Part shown: positions 39,191-51,633 of the stretch, one piece after another
Layout of the letters: every line of letters begins with the position of its first letter
Numbering within the stretch: position 1 is the first letter of the stretch
Assembly: GCA_965153285.1 (NCBI GenBank)
Contig: OZ229110.1
Strand: one strand, 5' to 3'
Source: Podarcis tiliguerta
Taxonomy: Eukaryota
DNA: 64,000 bases
Position numbers and translations under genes: made by a program
Notes under the pieces: model-generated
What the model was told of the DNA's origin: nothing
Databases searched by the model: none
Seen by the model: the letters and a program-made list of their open reading frames with translations, nothing else

Positions 39191-40668
39191 GCTCTGGGCC
39201 TGCCTCCTTCCAACTGGCAGGTATATTCAGAACTGCTGCCACACACACTAACATGATGTAGCATCTTCTCCTGCTGGGGGAGGGCACGTGGAGAGGTAAT
39301 TCATACTTCTTTCACCCTTTATGGATAATGGGCTAAAGTATGCTTTGGGAATTTGTGCCGTAGATGCTGCAGAACGGTGGGACACATATTACAGAGTGCA
39401 CTAAGTTTTGGAGCAAGCCTATTATTTTCTACCTGACAAATCAGTAATTGCAGATCAAGTTGCAAAACTGCCCTCCTTAGCGGCTGGCTTGCTAAATGCA
39501 GAGCTCATGTGACCCATATATTGAGCTGCTCTTTTTAATAAGAAGTTGATCCAAAGGTGTGTGTCCAAAAGTCTTCAGTCATTGAGATGGAACATCAGTG
39601 AGCACAAAGCAGTACACAAGTAGATTACATTCCTCAGTTGAATGAATGCAGAAGGCATTAAGAGTGGAGGAAATCCTTTTTTAAAATTGGGGCATCTGCC
39701 CACAGAACCAGCTGCCGCATTAGGATTGTTTCCTATTTTCCTAGCCCTGATCAAATGTTCTGGAAACAATATCAAATGTATTTACTGTGTGCACTTTGAT
39801 GATAAAGCAAAGTACTGTACTAGAGTATGCTTGTACTTCTCTCTTTTCCTTTTGCACTTTAGTCAGGTTCATCAGCTATTCCGTATTCCTTTTCCCACTC
39901 CTCCTTGAGTCTCTTGGACCAAGCTAGTCCTGCCTTTTCTGCTATTGATTAAATTTCATAACTTATTTTTACTTTCCCTCTGTCTTGTTACTTTTACTGA
40001 TTTAAAGCTTGGGATTCTTCTGTATTATTGGTGCTTGGTGGCAGTATCCAGGATTTTTATACTAATTTTGTGGGCGGGGTGTTGGTGAGGTCTAGAACAG
40101 GGGGTTGCTGTGGGCAGGATTGGCAAGTAATGTGAGGGAGTAGAAGACTCCTTAGTAACAAATAAGTGACAACATGACTAAAGAAACATGAAATAGACCT
40201 CTGTTAGGAAGGATTACATAAGGATGACACCTTTTGGAGAGGCACATTTCACCAGCTTTGCTAAGGTTAAGAATATCTTGAATCTGTCTCGTGTGTGTAG
40301 AGATCTGGGAATTTCAATAGCCCCAACCAGTTGCTTTTTATAGTTATGTTTTCAAGGCACCATGTTTCCCCATTTATTTATTTTTTACTCTGTACTGTAT
40401 TCCTGTTTTTCTGAGTGATGACAGCCAGTTGCTTGTTTCAAAGAATCTGGTTTGATATAGATTCTAAATTCTGGGAACTGGATATCTCTCGGTTGTGCTT
40501 TGAGCTGCTTTTCCAGGAGTGCAATAGAGGGTGGGGAAAGTCCAGCCTCAACTTGGGAGAAGGGAAAAATAGGAATTGTGTTGGAGGATGGAGTTGACAT
40601 GCAGAATGCGGGAGAAGGAGAACAAGAAGGGAGAAGGCACCTTTAATATTACTCATTCAGAGATATGC

Positions 40669-40670
40669 TT

Positions 40671-40705
<35 letters not shown>

Positions 40706-40763
40706 CTGTGTGTGTGTGTGTGTCTGTGTCTGTGTCTGTGTCTGTGTCTGTGTCTGTGTCTCT
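40669..40763. repeat. Compound (TC)n(TG)n(TCTGTG)n microsatellite
   Basis: Seen directly. Confidence 0.95.
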
Positions 40764-40919
40764 GCCTGACTGCTTATTCTGGATGGGGTTTCACTCACTC
40801 TGAAAGAATAAATTTGGGGCTGCTCCCCAACCCAACTTTGTCACTGGAAGCTTAGGTAGCCTCATTTGGGGAGGGGTACCTATTACCATGTACAGCCAAT
40901 ATGCCAATGACAGTGATTC

Positions 40920-41515
40920 TTCGACAGGAATAGTCTTGCCATAGTGAACCACGCCTTAGTAGCCTCAAGACTCAGTTATTGCAATGTGGTTTATGTAGGG
41001 CTGCACTTGGGCCTAGTCTGGAGGCTTCACCTGTTACAGAACACTCTGACTGTAGTGCCGTTGGGGAGAGACTATCACCAGCACATAACTCCAGTAGCAC
41101 TGGCTGCCTGCATGCTCACAGACCAGGCTCCAGATTCTTGTTTTAACTTGCAAGGCCCTTAACAACTTGGCTCTCAGGGACCACCTGATTCATTATATCC
41201 CTGCCCAATCACTGAGGTCTGAAGCGGAGTCACTTGTTAGTGGTCTCCCATGGCTTGTATCCACCAGGAGCCGCACATTCAGCTTTGTGGGCCCAATTGT
41301 ATGGGACTCCCTTCCAGTTGAGGTCAAACAGTGCCTGCCCTTTGGTTGAACTTCCATCACCTACTGAAATTTTTGTTTATTCCAAAAGGCATTTTAACTG
41401 AATTCTGATATTATACTTTTAACTGGTTTGTTGTTGCTGTACTGAGTTACTTGTAAACTGCTTAGAGACTATTGTAATTAAGTAGTGTATAAATTGTTGA
41501 AATAAATAAATAATA
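40920..41515 (+). mobile_element. Old L2 3' fragment with (TAAA)n end
   Basis: ORF HALVASRLSYCNVVYVGL...HITPV; RTFSFVGPIVWDSLP; ends GAAATAAATAAATAA. Confidence 0.8.
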
Positions 41516-41581
41516 TCCATATGGGTGTGTGTATCCCCCTCTAAATTAGCCTTTGGTTATTTTGCATTTCCCCCACCCCAG

Positions 41582-41800
41582 GGAGTATCTGCTGAGAGCA
41601 AAAAATCCCGATGTCCCATAGCTTCGCATCTTGACCAGGAAACCTCAACTTCATCAGCTGTGAAACAAAGTAAATCTGAAAAAACAGATCAACACTTGGA
41701 GGGTCAACCTAAGCAGCAGAGGCAAGGGGAATTTTTGGAACCCGACAGCGTCACCACAATGCAGGAGATGCCCGCAACATTTGCAATCGCTACACACAAG
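41582..41800 (+). CDS. E2F8: E2F8 coding exon 10 (73 aa, symmetric phase 0; candidate extra or cassette exon)
   Basis: Pyrimidine tract plus CAG, 219 nt open frame GVSAESKK...ATFAIATHK, AAG|GTATAT donor; in frame with both neighbours. Confidence 0.7.
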
Positions 41801-42943
41801 GTATATTTCCCCTTAAGCACATTTGCCCTATATCTTTGCTCTTCTGTAAAGAGCACTGAATGTCTTAAAGTAGGCATTTTATGCTCCATCTTTACAAAAA
41901 AAGAAAGAAAATTAGATCACATTCAGGACCAATGTATCTTCAGCTTCAGCCCATGGACATTTTCCCCTCTTTCCTTTTATATTTTAATTAAGGACTGCTG
42001 CTGGAATTTACTGTATTGCATTTCAGACAGACCCTCGCTATTTGGACAAAGCACATGTTTTGTGCAATCCATGGGCAGAATTGTAGAATGCAATAATGGA
42101 TATGTAATACTGTCCAGCAACACTGATAATATATCAGTAAGTTGCCCATATTAAAATTATCCTTTATAAGACTCCAGGATGAAAAGTAATGGTCTTTTAA
42201 AATATTTTATCATTTAATTTTTTTTAAAGAGATCAGAATGAAAAAGAATCATGCATTCTGCATGCTTGTAGAGCACAAACACATAGCTGCATTTTTTCTT
42301 AAAAGTTGAATGTTGTATTTATCTCCACCCACCCCAAATATGTTTAATTTTCATCATTATTCAGGGATGCCTTTTGCTTCATATACATAAGGTCTTCATT
42401 TTTAATGTGGCGTGGAAAAAGAGGAAGAAGGAGAACATAGAAGTGTGGCATGAATTGAGCGTGAGGTGGTCCAAAACTGCATCGGTGTGGTGGTTGTTTA
42501 CGATCTTTTCCCTGCTACAAAGTTATTATTATCCATTGCAATATTGGACAAGTGTAATATCAAACTTGGGTTCCAAAAATTGGGTTACAACTCCCATCTT
42601 AGCCAGCAAATGGTCCAGGATGATAGGAATTGTAGTCCAACCTCATCATTTGGAGATCCAATGTTGAAGAACCCCCCACCCACCCATGGGTAACAGTTGC
42701 TTTGCGGAGAGGGGTGGTTTTCCATCTTAGAAATGGCATGGCTAAGTTCTCTTAATGTTTTCCTTCAGTCCCAGTGGCTTCTTTAATTGTTAAGACATCA
42801 AGAGATCCAGTCATTGTTCTGCCATGTCATATCTATTTTGGCCCTTTCTAGTTTAGGAACAGTGCAGTACCTGGGCTAAATCTATGAAATTTGTGTTGAT
42901 TATTGTTGTGAATATAAACAGTACATTTCCCCTTGTTCTTTAG

Positions 42944-43076
42944 ACTTGGTTTCCTTCAGGATACCTTATACCTCTTCCTCACTGTACCAAGCTTGGTAAT
43001 GAGACCATTTTTTCTAACAAGGAGAAAGCTGAGATGTGTGCAGCAGAACAGAAGTCTTATAGTTCTCCTATTGCTG
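42944..43076 (+). CDS. E2F8: E2F8 coding exon 11 (not in the ORF track)
   Basis: Translated by hand: TWFPSGYLIPLPHCTKLGNETIFSNKEKAEMCAAEQKSYSSPIA(G); matches the recalled human TLFPSGYLIPL...YSSPIAG. Confidence 0.93.
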
Positions 43077-43973
43077 GTGTGTATTCATTAACTCTGCCTC
43101 TAAAATATTCCAGACTTGTTTATATCTGATGACTCCTGTCAGCTATTGATGAAGGACTTTAGGTGGGAAATTTAACTACAATTTAACTACAGCTATTGCA
43201 TGCCTGAGGCCTGTGCCCTCCTCATTCAGCTTTTGCAATGGTGGCTTGTCCCACATGGTTCCACTTTCTGTGATCTGAAGAAGATGGATTTAATCAGTTC
43301 AATACAGTATGTATTAACGGTTCTGAACTCATTTACAGAGGGCTTACAAAACTACAAATAAAAGCTAACATTTTTGTTACCCATTTAACAATTCATTAAA
43401 TAAATGTTCTTATTGTCTCCTATAATTCTCATTTCCTTCAAGCACTTCTTTTTGATTGTTTGTTTCATAAAATTGATAGGCCGCTGGATTGTTTTTGTTT
43501 AAAAAAAAAACACCTCAAAGCGGTGAGGTGAATAAAACGGTGAGGTCAAAGTGAATAAAACAATAAAATCATCAGTAACAATCCATAAAAACAATGCAGT
43601 AAAATCAACAATAAACAATAAAATCAACAATAAAGGAAAAAACCAATTAAAACAAACATCCACATTCTACACATGTTCCATGTTCTGATCTTGAGGGGTG
43701 GTTGTTTTTTCAGTTATTGAATGTATTTAAATCAATGTTCTAGGTGAGTCATTTTGTTGTTGCAGGACCTTTTCAGAGTTTCTTATAATGTGATAGTTTG
43801 TGCATTAATATTCTATGCCAAGGCTTAATTTCATTCATCTGAAGCCTGCTGTGACCAAGCTCCTGGTGTTTGGCTGCACTTGGTGTTCACGCCTGCCAAA
43901 CATTGGCCTGTGTTCCTTGACTCAGAAGTATTGTCATTTGTGACGGTTTATTCTTTCTTTCTCCTTCTCATAG

Positions 43974-44362
43974 GTGCTATTCCAGTGACGTCTGAATTTA
44001 CTGCCGTTAATTTCCCTGCTTTTCATATAGCACCTGTGAACCTAAAACTACCCGCATCTTCTGTTGCTACTGTCCCCGTGGTGAATGGCACTGCTATGCC
44101 TTCAGACCAGGCTGATTCGATCCAAGCCCCAAGCGCTTCAGTTATGAACTTTACACTACAACACTTGGGACTGATTCCAGCCAATCTACAAATGTCTGCA
44201 AATCAAGTACTTAGATCTGGCCCAGTTTGTCAAGGAGCAGAACATGCTAGTTTGGTTTCAAAAAGTGTAGGCTTCAAACAGGAGAAAGCAATGCAGAATG
44301 TTTTACCACCGTACGGTGATGAGTTAAATGGTAAATCAGTTTCAGCAGCTTCTTTACAGCAG
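43974..44362 (+). CDS. E2F8: E2F8 coding exon 12
   Basis: (G)AIPVTSEFTAVNFPAFHI...NFTLQHLGLI...SLQQ; CAG|GTAAGA donor. Confidence 0.95.
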
Positions 44363-45009
44363 GTAAGAGAACTTTTAAATAATAGTCTGTTTCAAATAAG
44401 ACTGATGGGTACATATTCTTGCCAGAGTGTACAGTCACTCATAAGCAATGGGGCATTTTACATGATTTGGTAACAGGAGCAAGCCAGCAGGAAACCACAC
44501 CCAGCAATTTGGAGTTAACTCTTTATTAGCAACAACAGGATCTGCAAGACATTAACAGCTTTGGATACAGATGTCGGAAAAGTGGGTTTTCAGTAGCAAT
44601 AAAATTTTCAGTATAATAGGATTTTTAACTTTGTATACCAGTGCTTGTAGAAATTTACTTGGTTAAAACTGTTTAAAATGCAGACTGCTAAAAGAGCAGT
44701 ACCATTGTATGAAAGGGCTAGAAAATTACAGAAGGGATGATTGTGAAATTGGCTGTTATATTGGCAACCCTCTCCGTATTTACAAATATTTACCAGTGGA
44801 CCAAAAGCATTAATAGAGCATGCTGAGAGAGGATAATTAGTAAGACTTAGCAACAGTGTCCTTTTCACCTGCTTCTTATTTCCTTCTCCGTTGTTCCTGT
44901 TTCTTCTGTTTAGTTACAGTATTGGAAAGCCCCAAACAGGGTTCCAAAATACATTTTAGTTGTTTCAGTCTCATCACTTGCAAATAATTTAGTTTTCTCT
45001 TCCATTCAG

Positions 45010-45177
45010 GCCACTGTTCCTGTTACGTCCAGCATTCTGGATGACTTCCAAGCATCATGCGAGTCAGCTGTAGTTCCTGAGTTTTGTTCATCCTTTCATG
45101 AATCAGATAGAATATCTCAAGCAACACTGGCAATTCCACAAAGAGAACATGGTGTTTCAACAGAAGATAAATTTTGA
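45010..45177 (+). CDS. E2F8: E2F8 terminal coding exon with stop codon
   Basis: ATVPVTSSILDDFQASCESAVVPEFCSSFHESDRISQATLAIPQREHGVSTEDKF*; its end resembles human PQRKLEVSTEDVH. Total CDS is 2760 nt, divisible by 3. Confidence 0.85.
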   Translation, partial: ATVPVTSSILDDFQASCESAVVPEFCSSFHESDRISQATLAIPQREHGVSTEDKF

Positions 45178-45331
45178 GTTGGTATAAAATATTGTTGAAC
45201 TCTTCCGCCAAACAGATATGATTGAAACACTTATTTCTGGTATTATAAATGTGTACTCTGGAAATAATATTTGATCATAATGATGACTTCTTCGTGCTTG
45301 AATATCTTTTTAGTTACAGTTCTACTTGATC

Positions 45332-45334
<3 letters not shown>

Positions 45335-45380
<46 letters not shown>
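45335..45380. repeat. (TA)23 microsatellite in the E2F8 3'UTR
   Basis: Seen directly. Confidence 0.95.
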
Positions 45381-45383
<3 letters not shown>

Positions 45384-45670
45384 AGGACACACACTATTGT
45401 CTGTAAAAACACCACTTAAATGTCTGACTTCATAGAAAGCTCTTGTACGTTATTTGTATAAAAACATACTAAATATGTACTGGCACATTGCAAGTACCAA
45501 ACATGTAATATATTGTATTTTAAAAAAAACTATTAAGGAGGCTCTTGTTACTTAAGTTTACATAACATTTTAATTTTGTGTGTTCTTTAATACTGTTGCA
45601 AAGTTTTAAAATCTTAATCACGTCTGTGTAAATTTTAAGGTTTATTTAAGGGATTAATCAATTTCTTCAA

Positions 45671-45720
45671 ATTAAATTTTGTGTCAGTTTTCTAACTTTT
45701 ATACTTGTGGGTTGTTTCTT
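45671..45720 (+). terminator. Candidate E2F8 polyadenylation signal (ATTAAA plus downstream U/GU-rich element)
   Basis: ATTAAA at 45671-45676 ends an AU-rich UTR and is followed by TTGTGGGTTGTTTCTT; an alternative AATAAA lies at ~46439. Confidence 0.45.
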
Positions 45721-46173
45721 GGCATTGAAACAAAATGAACATGCACAGAAAGAGCGTGCAGAAAAACGTGCCATATATATATCAGGAAAAGTATGGATAA
45801 GGATAAAATGCTGCATAATGCCTTAAAATGGACTGGAGTGCATGAGGATTAGACCAAAGGGTCCATTTCTCCAAGCTCTCCAACTGAGGTGGCCTCCCAA
45901 CAGGTGCTGTCAATGGAGTCACAAAAGTGTCGCCAACCAATCCTTTCACCTGCTAAACATGGTTGTATCCATGCTTACAGGGGTCGGCAGAAAACCCCAA
46001 AATGATGTTCGGAGGGTAGGACTGAGCCAGGCCAGGACCCACTGGATCTCAAACTGCCCTCAGTTTTCGTATGATGGCATTGGGTCCAATTACTGCCCTA
46101 GCCTGGAGTTGTCACAGTGATGAAGCCCGATCGTTCGTCCCCTACTTTCTGTCATGGCTGTAGATGCAGCAAA

Positions 46174-46201
<28 letters not shown>
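46174..46201. repeat. (GT)n microsatellite
   Basis: Seen directly. Confidence 0.9.
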
Positions 46202-46205
<4 letters not shown>

Positions 46206-48245
46206 GCTTAAGATTGTGCCCCTAAATCTGACTAAAACCTTGCCAAGGTTCAAAATCATGCAACCTGGTATGTGGATGCCATTTGGAAATGGCTGCAAAG
46301 ACTTGCTGCCACCTGTCTGTTTGGGTTGTAGCCAGAACAACTTGGTTTTTACTAGCTTCTCGAGCACATAGCTCATGCCCTTTCCCCCCATCTGTTGAAT
46401 GTTGTCTTAATATATAAATTGAGTAATAGATTGCATCTAATAAAAGCAAATGGAATCTATGGCACAGATGCAAGAAACTGAAATCTCTTCACCCCAACAG
46501 CTGAGATTTTTCTGTATAGAAAGATGTCATGTTTGAAATCACTTTGACCTAAGTACTTTTTACTATAATTTTATACATACTATTAATAGTGTGAGCATAT
46601 TACACCCCAATCCTAAAGTTAGTTATCTAGAAAAAGAAGCTGTATTGCTATTTGTAAATAAGTTTGTTTAGGGGCATTGCATCAGAGTTGATACAAAGCA
46701 CTACAAAAATATGAATGGAAGTACTACAATGGGCCTTGTATCAAATCACATTTATTATCATTTTTAAGTATTTATAACATTAAACCAGAAAAAAACAAGC
46801 TAGATTTTGAAAAGAATAATTAATATCTGAACAAAATAGTGAGTCAAGGTGACAAAGGCCTGAGACAAAATCATAATCTTCCTGTACTTTATCACCCTGT
46901 ACACTCAGTGTTCAATAAAATATTGGCTTATCAGTTTATATTTTTGCAGTTTCTGCCACTGATAGTTGAAAAACCTCACTGTTCTTTCAGAATGAAAGAA
47001 TGATCTCAGGCTAAAAGCAATCTCAAGCCTACTCTGATTTATACTTAGTTCTAAGGTCCTGGGACCTTAAAGGTAGGTAAGAAATTGAATTAATGAAGAG
47101 GAGGAGGCAATAATTATGCCAACCAAATTAGCCATCTAACCTTATTGCCTTCCACGCTATAGATCATTAGTCTGTCAAATATTTTGTCTACAGAATCTCC
47201 ATTGTTTTATTCATTTGAAAACTGCATTTTTATCTTGCCCTCTACTCACTTCTTAACTCCTGCAGGTTCTCTTTTGATACATTTTTATATGAAGGAATGA
47301 CTTAGAAGAATGAACTACTGTACACCAATTTATGTTTTGTATAGGAAAAAAATATGTACTCTTCTGTTTGCTATTGAGCCACTGCAAGATCAAGGCTTCC
47401 TGGCTCTGCTTCTGAAATAATAACAACTTCTCTAAAACTTGCTCTTTTGTTTCTTCTTTTTAATTTCTTGGAGGTTCTCAGGTTCACGTTTACAACATGA
47501 CAACCTTTCTGTTATTTCTTTCCTATTTGTATCTCTTAATACCATCAGTGATCTGCTTATCAGACTTGCTGTGCTTTTCTGCCAGCCTGACTTAAAATAC
47601 AGTATGACCTGATTACCTCATTCACTTGCCTGCCTTGGGAAGCTCTCTTTGATCTTGGGTCTGACTTCATGTTCTTGATGTGCAGCTTTCAAACATTTGA
47701 AAGGTGTTCGTAGACTCTGCACATATTCCGTCAGTCCAAATAACTGCATCTTGCACTTTGAGTGATTGAAATAAAAATTGAAGCAGCTGCTGTGATTCAT
47801 TTGATCAAAAACAAACCTGCATTTACACTTAGATTGAAATAAATAGAATCTATGGACAGAAAGAGACCCTTGTGCTTCCTTTGAAGACTAAAAAAAATAT
47901 TATAGCTTCCATGTGCTCGTGTCCTGAGTTATTGCTGTATATACACATGTGCTAGAGTGGCAAAATTGTAAAAAATTACAAGCTTAGCCCCTGGCAATTT
48001 TGCTATATCTAAAGCAAGTATATACTCTTACTGACCCTGAGGTCAGTAAAAGAATCCTCCATTGGTAATTGGACTAAATCTAAATCTGTATTTTTGGAGA
48101 AACATCACCACATTTCTCCACGAGGGGCACTTTGGTCACCTGACTCTGAATTCTAATTGGCCAAATGTCCCTTGTGACCTCCCTGCCTCTTTGTGACAGG
48201 AAACCTACAATGATATCCCTCATAACCATTCCATACATGCATTAA

Positions 48246-48590
48246 AGGTAAAGGTACCCCTGCCCGTACGGGCCAGTCTTGACAGACTCTAGGGTTGCGC
48301 GCCCATCTCACTCAAAGAGGCCGGGGGCCAGCGCTGTCCAAAGACACTTCCGGGTCACGTGGCCAGCGTGACATCGCTGCTCTGGCGAGCCAGAGCCGCA
48401 CACAGAACGCCGTTTACCTTCCCGCTAGTAAGCAGTCCCTATTTATCTACTTGCCCCCAGGGGTGCTTTCGAACTGCTAGGTTGGCAGGCGCTGGGACCG
48501 AGCAACGGGAGCGCACCCCGCCGCGGGGATTCGAACCGCCGACCTTTCGATCGGCAAGCCCTAGGCGCTGAGGCTTTTACCCACAGCGCC
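48246..48590 (-). mobile_element. Sauria SINE, subtype B, slightly 5'-truncated
   Basis: Reverse complement of the 17859 and 32888 copies; TSD ACATGCATTAA (48235-48245, 48591-48601). Confidence 0.95.
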
Positions 48591-49789
48591 ACATGCATTA
48601 ACTAGCAATTAATGTCCCTTTCTCTGAACTAGAGCTTAAACCCTTCAGGAAATGTATTTCCTATTACTGTACTGTACTGTACAGATTCCCAAACAGTTTA
48701 GCCTTACAGGTTTAACACTCACTGGCCACTCTACATTTCTCTTCAAGCCTTCTCCAACCCCTGGATGCCTGCCGGAGCAAAATGTCTTCATTCTAGCTCA
48801 ATCCCTTTATGTCTGCCTCCTCTACTACAGTATCTTCTTGTCTCTCAGCCATGATTGTTATTTTCTTTGAATTAGTCTGGACTCTTGTAAGCACAAGCCA
48901 CTGTAATACTTTATTCTTCTTGTAATGTTGAACTAGATTTAAAGGACTGTGAAGGTTTCATTCCACTTCTAAGCTTCTTCACAGTCCTCTCCTGGTTCCT
49001 TACTCTTGCAATGCCTAACTGTGCCCACCAACATCTTCCAGGGTTCCAGGTCTCTGAAGCTGTTTCATTCCCTTTTTCTCTCTTGCAGTTTCAAGCCTTC
49101 ACATTTCTGACTTCACAACCATCTGACTAATTGATCTATTGTTAAACATGACCTATATACAGTTGTTGTTTTTACTAACCCACCCCCCTTTTACCCAAAC
49201 AGGAGGAAAGGAAAGTCTGGGTTAATTTTCTATTTTCTCTTCATTTCCAGATGTCTAGAATGAAACTTTGACCCTCCCTGTGCAAAATGTTGTAAGCAAA
49301 ACATCGCCTCTTAGATTTCTTACTCTTCTGTGAACAACTTTCTCTGAACTTTGGACTCTCCTAAGCAGGAGGTGCCCTTGAAGCAAAAAAGCAATCACTG
49401 AAACCAAGTAAAAACCCAGAACAAAATGTCTGAAAGCCCTGTTTCTTCACAAAAAGTAAACAGAGCATTCTGTAAGGCTTTGTCAGAAGAGCTGCGGCTT
49501 GACAAAGTAGCAATGAGTGCCAGCTCCATGGTTGATACCTGACCAACTGGCTCGACTGTTATTGGCTTTAGGTTGTAGCAACGCAATTCTCATATTATTT
49601 TCTTTACGCAAATTAGTATTCATGTAAGGTATTTCCCTAATGACCATTCATCGTGGCTGAGGACACCGTCATATTGCTGCCTATATTGTTGAGCAGTGTT
49701 TCTGCCTTTAATTTTATTTTTAAAGATTCACTCATTATTGACCTCTCACCTAGCACATGCCCTGTGTGACACATTGATTTATTAAATTT

Positions 49790-50101
49790 CTTTATATCTA
49801 GGCAGCTGCACTTGGAAAGGGCATCTGGGTGTAATCGGAGGGCCCTGCATTGTTCTGCAACTTGCTCATAATTGGTGCTCAATCCAAGGCTTTGTCACAA
49901 GTTATTTTAAGCCACCTGATAGCAGTAGCATTGCTCACGTACTCTTTCTCCTGTGCCCCTACACACACACACACTTCTTTCCCTTACCCTTTCCTAGCCA
50001 AAGCTTGTAACTACTTGGAAGTATTTAAAGACTTCCAGATCCTAGCTTAAGCTCTTCAAAAAGACACAGAAGACAAGGGGATACAACTCATCCTGGTAAG
50101 T
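49790..50101 (+). promoter_or_regulatory. CSRP3: Candidate CSRP3 muscle promoter and short non-coding exon 1 (~50050-50095)
   Basis: E-boxes CAGCTG (~49803) and CACCTG (49913), MEF2-like GTTATTTTAAG (49901), GATA TGATAG (49917), TATA-like TATTTAAA (50022-50029), then donor CTG|GTAAGT after 50095. Confidence 0.6.
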
Positions 50102-51633
50102 CATGATGATAAAGTGTCAAAAGGCTCCAATTATGTTTAATGAGGAGCACGTTGAGCATTTTCCTTTTCATTGAGAGAATGTTTTTCCTATATCTCATTT
50201 AATTTACAAGCCAAGGTAGTGCTCTGTATTTTACGTTTGCAGGGGCATGATGCTTTATGTGAAGATTCACGACATGTTGATTATTAACATCTTTTTTTGG
50301 CTACTTCCAAATGTGTTGTGGTTCTCTGAATTTTTCTTCCAATAAATGAAAATCTATTTAGTACAGCACAACTAAAAATGTAATGCTGGCAAAAATTATG
50401 TTAAGAAGTGGCGGTTGACATCTTGATATCCAAAAATTCTGAATTATAGATTTTTAAAATACTCTTAGAAAGATGAACATTATGTGCTGTGCAGTGTCAG
50501 ACCTCTGGTACTGAATGAAACGTTTGCTGCTCCTGATACTAGCACTAGTAGTAATTTGGAAACAATTATAATTTACGACAGCCAGATCTTCAGTTTTCAT
50601 TATTAGATGGTGTTGTTTTAAACTGGAATCAAGCCTTAAGTTTCCTGATAGAGAACTGTGGGTGCACTAGGCATCTAATTATCTTAGCCATCTTATGTCA
50701 CAAGAAATAGTAATTCGGTTATTTTGCTCTAGCCGAAATCGTTTAAGAGTGAAGTTATATTTCTGTGTTTTTCTTCATAAAGAAATAAAGAAAATAGAAG
50801 TTTATTGAAGACTATTTGTTCTTTAAAAGACTCTATGACAGTAGTGTTCCTAAGTCAATATTCCTTAAACTTGAAATCTTCAGTATCCAGTATCATCAAA
50901 TCCATTCAACATTTATGTGAGAGAACAGGTTTAGTGTAATGCTCTTAGAAATGGCAGTATTGATAGTCCACAGTAGTTCTTCTATAGGTTTCCCAGTATT
51001 ATGTTTTCTTTATAAGTCATATCTGCTCAGATTATTTTGGGGTGGTTTTTTATGCTTTAAGTGAGAAAGAATCAAAGCAACTCCTTTTGGTAATATATCA
51101 ACACAAAATCTGCTCCATATTCTTTTTGACATTTAGAGGGTCATTTTTATGAAGGAAGGATAGAACTTGATAAATCTTTCACTATTCGAAATCCTTTGAC
51201 TCAGTTAAGAATACCTCAGTTGTGCTTTTGTCTAGCACCACTGAGAGAAACTCAGCACAACTTTTATTTTGGGGGTGAGGTTGCTATAGTAAGAAAACAA
51301 CTCTCCTGGCAAGGACTGGGTCAAGAACAACTTGACAAATGTTGATGTGATGTTCTAATGTCAAGTTAGCATTTGATCATCCAAGAAAATATGACTCAGA
51401 GACATCAAGAAAGCGCCATGAGCAAAGCAGATACCCACCTACTAGATTCTGCGGTAAATCTGAAACATGAGTCAATGAAGAGGACATTAGATTTACTTTT
51501 TTGCCACCAGCCAAGCAGCTGTGATCATATCACCTCTCCATGTTCACAGAATATGGCCAAAGTATTCATTTTCCCTTTTCTCTCTGAGCTTAATGACAAT
51601 GCCAGTCACCTAAGATGAAGGAAGTATCTAGAC

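Noticed and set aside
41801-42154. Read-through extension of the 209-aa ORF past the exon donor
   Set aside because: Composition after AAG|GTATAT is intron-like, and the conserved downstream E2F8 exons require splicing at or before 41800
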